From positions 31,704 to 95,703 of the forward strand of contig DAITAC010000001.1 in NCBI GenBank assembly GCA_036824465.1: a stretch of DNA of 64,000 nt, given 5' to 3'. The position numbers and the translations under genes were made by a program. The notes under the pieces were generated by a model. That model was not told the origin of the DNA, made no database searches, and worked only from the letters and a program-made list of their open reading frames with translations. Source of the stretch: Burkholderiaceae bacterium. GTDB taxonomy: Bacteria; Pseudomonadota; Gammaproteobacteria; Burkholderiales; Burkholderiaceae_F. Positions within the stretch are counted from its first letter, which is position 1, and the number at the start of each line of letters is the position of its first letter. Positions 1 to 10,665 of the stretch are shown piece by piece.

Positions 1-1329
1 GCGACCGTGCCAAAGGCCACGGTCGACGACGTGAAGCGCGCTCTTTCGATCGCCAGGAACTTCAGAGGCAAGCTCAGTCGACACGATCGCTACCGGATTC
101 TGATGCACACGCGCGAGATCATCACTGCACGCAAAGACGAGATCGCGCGCGGCATCACGCTCGAATCGGGGTTGTGCCTGAAGGACACGCTCTACGAGGT
201 CGGACGTGCCAGCGATGTGCTGCTGTTCGCCGCCAATCAGGCACTCATCGACGATGGCCAGGTGTTCTCGTGCGACCTTACACCGCACGGGAAAAGCCGC
301 AAGGTCTATTCGCTGCGCGAGCCGCTGCAGGGTGTGATCTCCGCGATCACGCCCTTCAATCACCCGCTGAATCAGGTGATCCACAAGGTCGCGCCCGCGG
401 TTGCAACCAACAACCGCGTCGTTCTGAAACCCAGCGAGAAGACGCCGCTGGCGGCGTTCGTGCTGGCCGATGCGCTGTACGACGCGGGCCTGCCGCCGGA
501 GATGCTGAGTGTCGTCACCGGCGATCCGCGCGAGATTGCCGACGAGCTGCTGACGAACGACGATATCGATCTCGTCACGTTCACCGGCGGCGTCGCGATC
601 GGCAAGTACATCGCTGCCAAGGCGGTCTACAAGCGGCAGATCCTCGAACTCGGCGGCAACGATCCGCTCATCGTGATGGAGGACGCCGACATTGAGGAGG
701 CGGCGACGCTGGCGTCCAGCGGCTCCTACAGGAATTCGGGCCAGCGCTGCACGGCGGTCAAGCGCATGCTGGTGCACGAAAGGGTCGCCGATCGGTTTGT
801 CGAACGGCTGGTCGAAAGAACGAAGGCGATCAAATATGGCGACCCGCTCAATCCCGCCACCGAGATGGGCACTGTGATCGACGAGGCGGCCGCGATCGAG
901 TTCGAAGTGCGCGTCAACGACGCCATCGCACAGGGCGCGCGACTGCTTGCGGGCAACCTGCGACGCGGAGCACTTTATGCGCCCACGGTGCTCGACCGCG
1001 TGACCCCGGAGATGAAGCTCGTCAGGACCGAAACCTTCGGTCCGGTTTCTCCGGTCATCCGCTTCCACGATATCGAAGAAGCAATTCGCATTGCAAACTC
1101 CACCGCGTACGGACTGTCCTCGGCCGTTTGTACGAACCGGCTTGACTACATCACCCGCTTCGTCGCCGAATTGAACGTTGGAACCGTGAACGTGCGTGAA
1201 GTCCCGGGTTATCGACTCGAACTCACGCCTTTTGGCGGCATCAAAGACTCTGGACTCGGATACAAGGAAGGCGTGCAGGAGGCAATGAAGAGCTTCACCA
1301 ACGTCAAGACTTATTCGCTGCCCTGGTGA
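1..1329 (+). CDS. NAD(P)-dependent aldehyde dehydrogenase family protein (5'-partial at window edge)
   Basis: Reading frame is open back to nt 1. ALDH hallmarks ELGGNDP (active-site Glu region) and GQRCTAVKR (catalytic Cys). 440 aa visible versus about 480-500 typical, so the N-terminus lies outside the window. Confidence 0.85.
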   Translation, partial: ATVPKATVDDVKRALSIARNFRGKLSRHDRYRILMHTREIITARKDEIARGITLESGLCLKDTLYEVGRASDVLLFAANQALIDDGQVFSCDLTPHGKSRKVYSLREPLQGVISAITPFNHPLNQVIHKVAPAVATNNRVVLKPSEKTPLAAFVLADALYDAGLPPEMLSVVTGDPREIADELLTNDDIDLVTFTGGVAIGKYIAAKAVYKRQILELGGNDPLIVMEDADIEEAATLASSGSYRNSGQRCTAVKRMLVHERVADRFVERLVERTKAIKYGDPLNPATEMGTVIDEAAAIEFEVRVNDAIAQGARLLAGNLRRGALYAPTVLDRVTPEMKLVRTETFGPVSPVIRFHDIEEAIRIANSTAYGLSSAVCTNRLDYITRFVAELNVGTVNVREVPGYRLELTPFGGIKDSGLGYKEGVQEAMKSFTNVKTYSLPW

Positions 1330-1344
1330 ACCCGCTGGACTGAA

Positions 1345-3024
1345 GTGCAAGCCCTGCTGAATCTGCTCGCCGCCGTCGCCCTTCTCGTCTGGGGCACGCA
1401 CATCGTGCGCACGGGCGTGCTGCGCCTGCTCGGCGCCAACCTGCGCCAGGTTCTGCGCGGCAGTTCGGACCGGCGATTCATGGCGTTCGTCGCTGGCATC
1501 AGCGTGACCGGACTGCTGCAAAGCTCGACCGCGACCGCGCTGCTGGTGTCGAGCTTTGTCGCGCAGGGCGTGATCGCGACCTCCGCCGCACTGGCGGTGA
1601 TGCTGGGCGCCGACGTCGGCACGGCGCTCATGGTGCAGTTGTTCTCGTTGAACCTTTCCTGGCTGGCACCGATCGCGATCATCGCCGGCGTGATCGTATA
1701 TCTGTCGAAGAAGAACGAGCGCGCCGGCCAGGTCGGCAAGGTCGTGCTCGGACTGGGCGTGATGATCCTGGCGCTGCAATTGATCGTGCAGTCGACTGCG
1801 CCCCTGACGCATGCGGCCGGGGTCAAGGTCCTGTTCGCACAATTGACCGGTGACATGCTGATGGACGTGCTGGTGGGCGCGCTGTTTGCGATCGGTTTCT
1901 ATTCGAGTCTTGCGGTCGTGTTGCTGACGGCAACGCTGACCGCATCCCACGTGCTGTCGCTGCCGGTCGCGCTTGCAATCGTGCTCGGCGCCAATCTCGG
2001 CGGCGGCGTTCTGGCGTTGCTCACGACACTGCGCGCCGAACCGGCGGCGCGCCGGGTGCCGCTGGGCAACCTCGTTTTCAAGCTTGTCGGCTGCGCGATT
2101 GCGCTGCCACTGCTGTCGTACGGACTGGTCTGGTTGACCAGGCTCGACGCCGATCCGAAAGCCATCGTCGTCAACTTCCACCTCGCCTTCAACCTGATGA
2201 TCGCCCTGCTGTTCATCCAGTTCGTCGGCCGTTCGGCTCAACTGGTGGAACGCCTGTTGCCCGCGCTCAGGGCCACTGATGCGCCGGGGACGCCGAAGCA
2301 TCTCGACCCGATTGCGCTGTCCACGCCATCGCTGGCGATCGGCAATGCGGCGCGGGAGGCGATCCGCCTTGCCGACGTGGTGCAGGACATGCTCGACGGT
2401 CTGCTCAAAGTGCTCAAGACCAACGACTTCAAGATGGCCGAACGGCTGCGCGCGCGCGACGACGAGATCGATCGCCTGTACACCGCGATCAAGCTGTACA
2501 TGACGCAGGTCAGCCGCGAGGCGCTGGAAGCAGGCGAATCAAAGCGCTGGGCCGATATCATCCAGTTCACCATCAACATGGAGCATGCCGGCGACATCAT
2601 CGAGCGCGTGCTGATCGATGTGGCGGAGAAGAAGATCGCGCATGGGCTTTCATTTTCCGAGGCGGGCATGCTCGAGATCGAGGATCTGCACACGCGCCTC
2701 ATCGGCAATCTCCAACTGGCCATGGCCGTGTTCCTGCACGGCGATTTGAAGACTGCGCAGCAATTGATCGCCGAGAAAGTGAATTTCCGCGAACTGGAGA
2801 TGCACTACGCCGACACGCACCTGCAACGGCTCTCGGGCAATACACCGCAGTCGATTGAAACGAGTTCGCTGCACCTTGACCTGCTGTCGGACTTCAAGCG
2901 CATCAACTCGCTGTTCTGCGGAATGGCGTATCCGATCCTCGAGCAGGCCGGCGTGCTGTCGAAGACCCGTCTGGTCGGAGAACAGCCGGCGCTGTTCGCC
3001 GCCGACGAAAAGCGGCCCGCGTGA
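1345..3024 (+). CDS. Na+/phosphate cotransporter family protein with C-terminal PhoU-like domain (YjbB/NptA-like)
   Basis: 559 aa. The N-terminal half is polytopic and hydrophobic with duplicated GADVGTA / GANLGGG segments. The C-terminal half is soluble and helical (DDEIDRLYTAIKLY, PhoU-like repeat). GTG start at 1345. Confidence 0.8.
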   Translation: MQALLNLLAAVALLVWGTHIVRTGVLRLLGANLRQVLRGSSDRRFMAFVAGISVTGLLQSSTATALLVSSFVAQGVIATSAALAVMLGADVGTALMVQLFSLNLSWLAPIAIIAGVIVYLSKKNERAGQVGKVVLGLGVMILALQLIVQSTAPLTHAAGVKVLFAQLTGDMLMDVLVGALFAIGFYSSLAVVLLTATLTASHVLSLPVALAIVLGANLGGGVLALLTTLRAEPAARRVPLGNLVFKLVGCAIALPLLSYGLVWLTRLDADPKAIVVNFHLAFNLMIALLFIQFVGRSAQLVERLLPALRATDAPGTPKHLDPIALSTPSLAIGNAAREAIRLADVVQDMLDGLLKVLKTNDFKMAERLRARDDEIDRLYTAIKLYMTQVSREALEAGESKRWADIIQFTINMEHAGDIIERVLIDVAEKKIAHGLSFSEAGMLEIEDLHTRLIGNLQLAMAVFLHGDLKTAQQLIAEKVNFRELEMHYADTHLQRLSGNTPQSIETSSLHLDLLSDFKRINSLFCGMAYPILEQAGVLSKTRLVGEQPALFAADEKRPA

Positions 3025-3105
3025 AGGGCATGCAACGACAGCATATGAGGTCCTGCGACTGATGCTCCATAACGCCGCGGCCCGCACGGCGGCGCACATT
3101 CACTC

Positions 3106-3936
3106 ATGAAGGATTGGAAGCGATTCACTTGTACCGCCAGCCCCGCTGAGCAGCGCGAATTCATCCCATTCATTCACGAGTTGATCGGCGCCGCCTTTTC
3201 GGTGATCCGCCCGTTTTTTCTCAGCGGCACGACGGTAATGACGAAAGGCGACGCGAGCCCGGTTACGCTGGCCGATCGCGGTGCGGAGCAGGCGATGCGC
3301 GCCCTGATCGAGGCACGCTATCCCGAACATAGCATTCTGGGTGAGGAGTTCGGCGCCAAAGCCGGCCGCGGCTATCGCTGGATACTCGATCCGGTTGATG
3401 GCACGCGCGCCTTCATCACCAACTGTTTTCTGTTCGGAACCCTGATCGCGCTCGAACGTGACGATGGCGCGGGTTTCAAACCCATTCTTGGCGCGCTGGC
3501 GCACCCGGCCGCCGGGGTTGCATTGATCGGTCATGCGAAGCAGACGCGGCTGTATGCAAGCGACGGTTCACAGCGCGCAGTGCAGGTCCGATCATGCTGG
3601 CAACTCGAAGAAGCCACGGTGCTCGCGACCACGCACTGGTCCACCGGCGAGCAGCGGGCGGGAGCATCGATCGAGAACGTGATCCGACGTGCGAAGCTGT
3701 ATCGCACCTGGGGCGACTGCTTTGGCTACTTTGCGCTGTGCACCGCGGGCGCCGATGTGATGCTCGATCCGATGCTGGCCTATTGGGATGTCGCGGCCGT
3801 CGTGCCGATTGTCGAAGGCGCGGGCGGCCGGGTCACCAGCTGGCGCGGCGGCGATCCTCTCGAGGATCCCTCGCTGCTTGCCACGGCCGGCTTGCTGCAC
3901 GACGAAATCCTGCAGATCGTGCAGGCGGCGAGCTGA
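3106..3936 (+). CDS. inositol monophosphatase family protein (possibly histidinol-phosphatase-like)
   Basis: IMPase-fold motifs LDPVDGTRAF and WDVAAVVPIVEGAGG; 276 aa. Confidence 0.8.
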   Translation: MKDWKRFTCTASPAEQREFIPFIHELIGAAFSVIRPFFLSGTTVMTKGDASPVTLADRGAEQAMRALIEARYPEHSILGEEFGAKAGRGYRWILDPVDGTRAFITNCFLFGTLIALERDDGAGFKPILGALAHPAAGVALIGHAKQTRLYASDGSQRAVQVRSCWQLEEATVLATTHWSTGEQRAGASIENVIRRAKLYRTWGDCFGYFALCTAGADVMLDPMLAYWDVAAVVPIVEGAGGRVTSWRGGDPLEDPSLLATAGLLHDEILQIVQAAS

Positions 3937-4054
3937 GCTTCAGTCCGTCTCGACGCCGATACCGATCATCCGGACCTCGAACTTGGCCGCTATGGCGGTA
4001 CGAAGCGTGCTGGTGAGTCGGCGCGCAGCTTCGTCAGTTGTGATCGGGGTCGAT

Positions 4055-4504
4055 CTAGAACGGAATGTCGTCGTCCATTTCGCCGATGCTCTGGGTCGGC
4101 TTGGCGGCCGGCTTGGCGCCTGATGACCGCGCTGGTGCCGGCTCATCGGCATCGCTGCCGCCGCCCATGCCTTCACGCGAGCCGAGCATCTGCATGTTTT
4201 CCGCGACGATTTCGGTGGTGTACTTCTCCACACCTTCCTTGTCAGTCCATTTGCGGGTGCGCAAGCGGCCCTCGACATAGAGCGGACGGCCTTTGCGCAG
4301 ATATTCCCCGGCAATTTCAGCAAGGCGGCCAAAGAAGACAACCCGATGCCACTCGGTCTCTTCCTGCTGTGCCCCGCTCGCGTCCTTGTACTTGCGCGTG
4401 GTCGCAACTGACACGTTTGTGATCGCAGCGCCATCCGCGCTGTAGCGAGTCTCCGGATCGCGCCCGAGATTGCCGATCAGAATGACCTTGTTCACCGATG
4501 CCAT
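4055..4504 (-). CDS. ssb: single-stranded DNA-binding protein
   Basis: [20 protein letters not shown]-fold N-terminus, Gly/Pro-rich linker, acidic tail DDDIPF. GGAGGA RBS precedes the ATG at 4504, so the longer ORF-track start at 4537 is rejected. Confidence 0.95.
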   Translation of the reverse strand: MASVNKVILIGNLGRDPETRYSADGAAITNVSVATTRKYKDASGAQQEETEWHRVVFFGRLAEIAGEYLRKGRPLYVEGRLRTRKWTDKEGVEKYTTEIVAENMQMLGSREGMGGGSDADEPAPARSSGAKPAAKPTQSIGEMDDDIPF

Positions 4505-4691
4505 TGTCTGTCCTCCGTCCCCACCGCGTTGATTCACCGATCATACCGACTGCTGCAGAGGGATCGGCGTGGCCGCCTTCGACCTGAGGCGGTTGACGAT
4601 TCAGCAGCCGTGCGCGTTGGTTCATCCGCGATAACGGGATTACGTCGCAGTCTGCCCCTGGCGTGGCGGCCGGCCGCTAGTCTCCCGCCCC

Positions 4692-6890
4692 ATGTCCCGA
4701 TTTCTGGCCACCCTGTTCTGCGGCTGGCTCGCGTTTGCCGGCGCGCACGCCAAGCTCAGTGCAGTGCGCCTGGAAGCGGGCGAGACGATCACGCTCGATG
4801 GCCGCCTGGACGAATCCGCGTGGCGCCGCGCGCCGGTCCATGACGAGTTCATTCAGTACGACCCGCCCGCGAACAGCGCACCGCCGGTTCGCACGACAGT
4901 GCGGATCGCGTATGACCACACCGCCCTTTATGTCGCCGTGCAGGCGTTCGATCCCGGTCCGTCGCAAATGCGCGCGCCGTTTGTCCGCCGCGACAAGGTC
5001 TTTCGCGACCAGGATTTCGTCGTGCTCTTTGTCGACCCAATCGGACTTCGTAAGTCGGCGCAGTTCTTCCGCGCCAATGCGCGCGGCGCGATCGGCGACG
5101 GGCTTTATACGGCCGACACCGGCAATGAGGACTTCTCGCCCGACTTCGATTTTGACGTCGCCAGTCACATCGGCGAGGATCATTATGTCGTCGAGTTCCG
5201 CATTCCCTGGACCTCGCTTCGCTTTGCGCACGGCAAGCACGATAACTGGCGTCTGATGGTCGGACGCCGCTGGCCGCGCGACCAGAACTACCTGCTTCTG
5301 AGCGCGCCGCTGAAGCGCGAGCAGCCGAACTTCATCGCCGAAGCACAGTTGATTGAGGGCTTGAGCGGGCCCCCAACCGACTGGGCATGGCAGGCACAGC
5401 CGACGTTGACAGTACGCCGCCAACGCGAGTCACCGGATGACCCGACAAGGCGGCGCACGCAGACCGAGGCCGGCGTCGACCTGAAGGTTCGCCCGCATGC
5501 CGAGTGGGTACTCGATGCGACGATCAATCCGGACTTCTCGCAGGTCGAGCTGGACGTGCCACAGTTGTCGCGCAACACGCAGTTCGCGCTTTTCCTGACT
5601 GAGAAACGGCCGTTCTTTCTCGAAAGCCGCGACCTTTTTGAACTACCAAGCAACGCGCTGTATACGCGCTCGATCTCCGATCCGCGCTGGGGCACCCGTG
5701 TCACCTACCGTGGCGCCCAGATTGCGGGCATCGCGCTTGCCGCACTGGATGCGGGTGGAGGACTGGTCCTGCTGCCCGGGCCATTCACGACGAACTTTGC
5801 GGCGCAGCCGAAGTCGAGCCTTGCGGCCGCGCGCGTGCGCTGGGCCAGTGGCGCGGGCGCAATCGGCGCGCTTCTGTCGGATCGCCGCTATGAGAGCTCC
5901 GTTGGCTCGCTTGGCGCCAACGCAGTTGGTGGATTCGATGGAATCTGGATCGCCGATGCGGAAAACCGCGTGCGCGCTCAATGGCTGACTTCGACGACGG
6001 ACGCGTTGCCCACAACGGACGGCAAGCTCTCGCGCGGCAACTCGATGCGCGGCGACTACATCGACGTCTATTACGGACGCAATGTCGAGCACAGCGACTT
6101 GAACCTGCGGCTGATGCAGGTCGACGCCGGTTTTCGCAACGATTCCGGGTTCACCACGCAAGCGGGCTATCGCAGCGTCGCGTTTGACGTCAATCGCAAG
6201 TGGTTCGGCCTCGCCGGCCTGAATGAGTTCACGCCTTACTGGATCGCCAATCGCGCCGAAACGCGGCAGGCAACGGTGATCAGCCAGGAACTGACACCGG
6301 GACTGTTCATCCTCGGCGGACGCGGCCTTGAAGTCGATGCGCAGCTTCAGCCGCTCAAGTACGTGCGCGTCTCCCCGCTCGGGCCTCTGCATCACACCCC
6401 GAAGCTTTACATCCGCAGTTCGGCCTTGCCGAGTGCCACGCTGGCATACATCAACGGATCGATCGACATCGGCCGTCGCGTCGATGTGGCCGCTGACCGA
6501 GTGCGGCCGGGGCTGAACTGGCTGCTGGAAGCGCGCGTGCGGCTTTCGACGCGACTGGAGCTGGAACCGCGGATTGAACAGGGCATTCTGCGCGGCAATC
6601 ATGGCCGCGCACTGACCGAAACCGCGGCGCAACTGCTGGGCGTGTATCACTTCAACGCACGCGATGCGCTGCGCACCATCTTGCAGCGCTCGCAGGCAAC
6701 CCGCGCGGCGGACGCCACCGCCGCAATTGCGCCTTTTGACGATCGCAGCACCGCGCTGTCGCTGGTGTATGCACATCGGCGATCATCCAGCACGGTCTTC
6801 TACCTCGGGGCGACCGCCGCCCGCAGCGACTTCAGCGGGACCCGCAGCACTTCGTCGGAGTTGTTTGCCAAGGCGCAGATTGGGCTGTAG
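4692..6890 (+). CDS. secreted CBM9-like / DUF5916-like large beta-rich protein (function unknown)
   Basis: Signal peptide MSRFLATLFCGWLAFAGAHA. N-terminal DGRLDESAWRRAP...F motif typical of carbohydrate-binding family 9-like domains. Long beta-strand-rich C-terminal part ends in an aromatic/hydrophobic terminus. Family name is from memory only. Confidence 0.55.
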   Translation: MSRFLATLFCGWLAFAGAHAKLSAVRLEAGETITLDGRLDESAWRRAPVHDEFIQYDPPANSAPPVRTTVRIAYDHTALYVAVQAFDPGPSQMRAPFVRRDKVFRDQDFVVLFVDPIGLRKSAQFFRANARGAIGDGLYTADTGNEDFSPDFDFDVASHIGEDHYVVEFRIPWTSLRFAHGKHDNWRLMVGRRWPRDQNYLLLSAPLKREQPNFIAEAQLIEGLSGPPTDWAWQAQPTLTVRRQRESPDDPTRRRTQTEAGVDLKVRPHAEWVLDATINPDFSQVELDVPQLSRNTQFALFLTEKRPFFLESRDLFELPSNALYTRSISDPRWGTRVTYRGAQIAGIALAALDAGGGLVLLPGPFTTNFAAQPKSSLAAARVRWASGAGAIGALLSDRRYESSVGSLGANAVGGFDGIWIADAENRVRAQWLTSTTDALPTTDGKLSRGNSMRGDYIDVYYGRNVEHSDLNLRLMQVDAGFRNDSGFTTQAGYRSVAFDVNRKWFGLAGLNEFTPYWIANRAETRQATVISQELTPGLFILGGRGLEVDAQLQPLKYVRVSPLGPLHHTPKLYIRSSALPSATLAYINGSIDIGRRVDVAADRVRPGLNWLLEARVRLSTRLELEPRIEQGILRGNHGRALTETAAQLLGVYHFNARDALRTILQRSQATRAADATAAIAPFDDRSTALSLVYAHRRSSSTVFYLGATAARSDFSGTRSTSSELFAKAQIGL

Positions 6891-6980
6891 AAGCCGCCAA
6901 TTCAAGTTCGGATTCATTCACTGGCTTTGGATAAGCAGACGCCGCTATAGTGGCGTGTTTCGCTTCAACCACGTCGCCAC

Positions 6981-9842
6981 ATGGATGAAATCAAGGTTCG
7001 CGGCGCTCGCACGCACAACCTGAAGAACATCAACCTGGATCTGCCGCGAAACCGGCTGATCGTGCTGACCGGCCTGTCCGGTTCCGGCAAGAGTTCACTG
7101 GCATTCGACACGTTGTACGCGGAAGGGCAGCGCCGCTACGTCGAGTCGCTGTCGGCCTACGCGCGGCAATTCCTGCAGCTGATGGAAAAGCCCGACGTCG
7201 ATTCGATCGACGGCCTGAGCCCGGCAATCGCCATCGAGCAGAAGGCCGCGTCGCACAACCCGCGTTCGACCGTCGGCACCGTCACCGAGATCCACGACTA
7301 CCTGCGGCTGCTGTTTGCGCGCGTTGGCACACCCTATTGCCCCGATCATCCCGAACATCCGCTCGCCGCGCAGTCGGTGGCGCAGATGGTCGACAGTGCT
7401 CTGGCCCTGCCGGTCGACACGCGGCTCGTGGTGCTGGCACCGATCGTGCGGGAGCGCAAAGGAGAGTTCGAGGAGCTGTTCGACGATCTGCAGACGCAGG
7501 GGTTTGTGCGCTTTCGCGTCGATGGCGCGATCGTTGAGGTCGACAGCCTGCCACGGCTGACGAAGAACGAGAAGCATTCGATCGACGTTGTCGTCGATCG
7601 CCTGAAGGTTCGCCGCGAGGTCAAGCAGCGGCTCGCTGAATCGTTCGAAACCGCGTTGCGCCTGGCCGAGGGCCGCGCGCTCCTGCTCGACACCGACAAC
7701 GGCACGGAAACGGTTTTTTCGAATCGATTTGCATGCCCGATCTGCGGCTACTCTCTGGCGGAGCTCGAACCACGGCTGTTCTCGTTCAACAACCCGATCG
7801 GCGCCTGCCCGTCCTGCGATGGACTGGGATCGGTTGACTACTTCGACGAACTGCGCGTGGTGGCTCACCCCGAGCTCACTGTCGCCAGTGGTGCAATCAA
7901 GGGCTGGGACGCGCGCAATCAGTATTACTTCCAGATGCTCGTGTCGTTGGCGAAACACGGTGCGGTCGACCTCGGCCAGCCGTGGGACACGCTGCCCGAC
8001 TCGTTTCGCGCGCAGGTACTGCGCGGAACCGGCGACGAGATCGTGCCGTTCACCTACACCAACGAGAAGGGACGCAAGATTGTCCGCCGCCACGCGTTCG
8101 AAGGCGTGATGCCGAACATGGAACGGCGCTGGCGCGAGACCGATTCGGTCGCGGTGCGTGAGGAACTCGCCAAGTATCGTGCGGTGAAGCCGTGCACTGC
8201 CTGCGCGGGCGCGCGTCTGAAGCGCGAGGCACGATTCGTCTTTGTCGGCGAAGGTCAGCAGAAGCGTGCGATTTTCGAGATCGAGCACGCGCCGCTGGCA
8301 CAGACGCGCGCCTACTTCGAGTCGCTCGAACTGGCGGGCGCGAAGCGTGAGATCGGTGCGCGCATCGTGCGCGAGATCGGCGTGCGGCTGCGTTTCCTGA
8401 ATGACGTCGGGCTGACATACCTGACGCTCGATCGCTCCGCCGACACATTGAGTGGCGGCGAATCGCAGCGCATCCGGCTTGCCTCCCAGATCGGATCGGG
8501 CCTCACCGGCGTGATGTACGTTCTGGACGAACCCTCAATCGGCCTGCACCAGCGCGACAATGACCGCCTGATCGACACGCTGAAGCATCTGCGCGATCTG
8601 GGCAACACGGTGCTGGTGGTTGAGCACGACGAGGATGCGATCCGTGCCGCCGATCACGTGGTTGACATGGGACCCGGCGCGGGCGAGCACGGTGGCGAAG
8701 TGATTGCACAGGGATCCCCAAGCGACATCGAGGCCGCCGAGGCATCCTTGACTGGCGCCTATCTGGCACGCCGGCGCACGATCGCGGTGCCGGCCGCGCG
8801 CATTCCACCGGGACTGCACTGGCTGAAACTCGCTGGCGCACATGGCAACAATCTGAAGCACGCCGATCTTGAACTGCCGGTCGGCCTGTTCGTGTGCGTG
8901 ACGGGCGTGTCCGGCTCCGGCAAATCGACGCTTATCAATGACACGCTGGCGGCGATCGTCGCGCGCCACCTGTACGGTTCGTCGGTGCAGGCCGCACCAT
9001 ACGATTCGATCGAAGGCCTCGAGCACTTCGACAAGATCGTCACCGTCGACCAGAGCCCGATCGGCCGCACGCCGCGCAGTAATCCGGCGACCTACACGGG
9101 CCTGTTCACGCCGATTCGCGACCTGTTCGCGGAGACGCCGACCGCGCGCGAGCGCGGCTATGAAGCGGGACGCTTCAGCTTCAACGTCAGGGGTGGCCGC
9201 TGCGAGACCTGTCAGGGCGACGGGCTGATCAAGGTCGAAATGCATTTCCTGCCCGATGTCTACGTGCCGTGTGAAACGTGCCACGGCCGGCGCTACAACC
9301 GCGAGTCGCTGGAGGTGCAATACAAGGGCCGCAACATTGCCGAGGTGCTTGATCTGACTGTCGAGCAGGCAGCGGAATTCTTCGGCGCCGTGCCGGTGCT
9401 GGCGAAGAAACTGCAGACGCTGGCGGATGTTGGCCTGGGTTATATCCGGCTTGGCCAGAGCGCAACAACGCTGTCCGGCGGCGAAGCGCAGCGAGTGAAG
9501 TTGTCATTGGAGCTTTCAAAGCGCGACACGGGGAAGACACTGTTCATCCTCGATGAGCCGACAACGGGACTGCACTTCCACGACATTGAGCTGCTGCTGC
9601 GGGTGCTGCATCAGTTGCGTGACGCCGGAAATACGGTGGTGGTCATCGAGCACAATCTCGACGTGATCAAGACTGCGGACTGGGTCATCGACCTGGGGCC
9701 AGAAGGCGGCGACGGCGGCGGCCGCATCGTTGCGACCGGCACACCGGAGGCGATCGCGGTGCAGACGGACGGATATACCGGCCGCTACCTCGCGCGCGCG
9801 CTGCCCCGCCTCGAGCTCGGAAGGCAGCGACGCGCGGCTTGA
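6981..9842 (+). CDS. uvrA: excinuclease ABC subunit A
   Basis: 953 aa. [17 protein letters not shown]...[35 protein letters not shown]. Second ABC module [10 protein letters not shown] and two LSGGE signatures. Confidence 0.98.
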   Translation: MDEIKVRGARTHNLKNINLDLPRNRLIVLTGLSGSGKSSLAFDTLYAEGQRRYVESLSAYARQFLQLMEKPDVDSIDGLSPAIAIEQKAASHNPRSTVGTVTEIHDYLRLLFARVGTPYCPDHPEHPLAAQSVAQMVDSALALPVDTRLVVLAPIVRERKGEFEELFDDLQTQGFVRFRVDGAIVEVDSLPRLTKNEKHSIDVVVDRLKVRREVKQRLAESFETALRLAEGRALLLDTDNGTETVFSNRFACPICGYSLAELEPRLFSFNNPIGACPSCDGLGSVDYFDELRVVAHPELTVASGAIKGWDARNQYYFQMLVSLAKHGAVDLGQPWDTLPDSFRAQVLRGTGDEIVPFTYTNEKGRKIVRRHAFEGVMPNMERRWRETDSVAVREELAKYRAVKPCTACAGARLKREARFVFVGEGQQKRAIFEIEHAPLAQTRAYFESLELAGAKREIGARIVREIGVRLRFLNDVGLTYLTLDRSADTLSGGESQRIRLASQIGSGLTGVMYVLDEPSIGLHQRDNDRLIDTLKHLRDLGNTVLVVEHDEDAIRAADHVVDMGPGAGEHGGEVIAQGSPSDIEAAEASLTGAYLARRRTIAVPAARIPPGLHWLKLAGAHGNNLKHADLELPVGLFVCVTGVSGSGKSTLINDTLAAIVARHLYGSSVQAAPYDSIEGLEHFDKIVTVDQSPIGRTPRSNPATYTGLFTPIRDLFAETPTARERGYEAGRFSFNVRGGRCETCQGDGLIKVEMHFLPDVYVPCETCHGRRYNRESLEVQYKGRNIAEVLDLTVEQAAEFFGAVPVLAKKLQTLADVGLGYIRLGQSATTLSGGEAQRVKLSLELSKRDTGKTLFILDEPTTGLHFHDIELLLRVLHQLRDAGNTVVVIEHNLDVIKTADWVIDLGPEGGDGGGRIVATGTPEAIAVQTDGYTGRYLARALPRLELGRQRRAA

Positions 9843-10209
9843 CGTTCACGGACATCGCCGCACTCGACGAACGTCTGCTGCGGCGCGGAATCAACCAACT
9901 ACGTCGACCGAGGCTCCGCCCCTTCGAATCGATCAACGGCACTCGACTGACGCAGAAACCGAGGCGTCATTGCCTTCGCATCGTCGTCTTCAGCGCGCCA
10001 GGCAAGAGCTGCGTCGGTCACTGTGCCGTGACTCGGTTCGAATCAGCGCCGCGGTGATTCAGGGCGATCGGCAACACCATTGCTCAGCGATTTGCCAACT
10101 GATTCAAGAAGGTCTTCGTTGAATCAGCAGACACCGGATTCGGCTTCCGTTAAGCTTCGCGAAGAAGAACAAGAAACAACCCAGCGACATCGCCTTCTCT
10201 CCCGTCCGC

Positions 10210-10638
10210 ATGTCTACCGTCCAAGCGTCGGCCCAGCGGGGGCTGGCACGCTTTTCGGGGCTTGTTCTCGTCGTGGAGGACAATCCCATCAACCAGCTCG
10301 TGGCCAGCGAAATGCTGCAGCTGCTTGGTGCTGATGTTGTATGCGCGGCCGACGGTGTCGAGGCGCTCGAGGCGATTGAAAGTCACCCAATCGACCTGGT
10401 CCTGATGGACATTCACATGCCTCGAATGGATGGAATCGAGGCTACGGAAAAGATCCGTCATCGAGAGCAGAGCGAATCGCTGCCTGAGGTGCCGATCGTC
10501 GCGCTGACCGCCAATGCAGCAGACGAAGTTCACGCACGTTGCCTGGCAGTCGGAATGAACGATTTCCTGACCAAGCCGGTCAAGACCGAGCAGATCGCGG
10601 AGTTGCTCGGTCGTTATCTTCGTCCGGCCACGACCTGA
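10210..10638 (+). CDS. stand-alone response-regulator receiver domain protein
   Basis: LVLVVEDNPINQ...DLVLMDIHMPRMDG...ALTANA...FLTKP, i.e. CheY-like acidic pocket, phospho-acceptor Asp and conserved Thr/Lys. It has no output domain, and I could not recognise any kinase domain in any frame upstream. Confidence 0.8.
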   Translation: MSTVQASAQRGLARFSGLVLVVEDNPINQLVASEMLQLLGADVVCAADGVEALEAIESHPIDLVLMDIHMPRMDGIEATEKIRHREQSESLPEVPIVALTANAADEVHARCLAVGMNDFLTKPVKTEQIAELLGRYLRPATT

Positions 10639-10665
10639 ACATCCTGCAGCTCATCCAGCAACGAA

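Noticed and set aside
4505-4691. LexA/SOS box upstream of ssb (and upstream of uvrA at 6891-6980).
   Set aside because: The only CTGT (4508-4511) is not followed by ACAG at the N8 spacing, and no dyad of that type occurs upstream of uvrA.
5643-6776. Long antisense ORFs overlapping well-supported genes. Examples: 5643-6776(-), 7095-8288(-), 8535-9320(-), 16853-17650(-), 31845-33143(-), 33784-34614(-), 35897-36592(-), 60550-61572(-), 61801-62895(-).
   Set aside because: They lie opposite genes with unmistakable conserved motifs (uvrA, rpoN, prs/rplY, ychF, prkA). Their translations are Arg/Ala/Gly/Pro-rich low-complexity strings typical of shadow ORFs in GC-rich DNA.
9839-10057. 72-aa ORF (TTG start) in the uvrA-receiver spacer.
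   Set aside because: It has no RBS, overlaps the uvrA stop, and is Arg-rich with no recognisable domain. It is probably non-coding.
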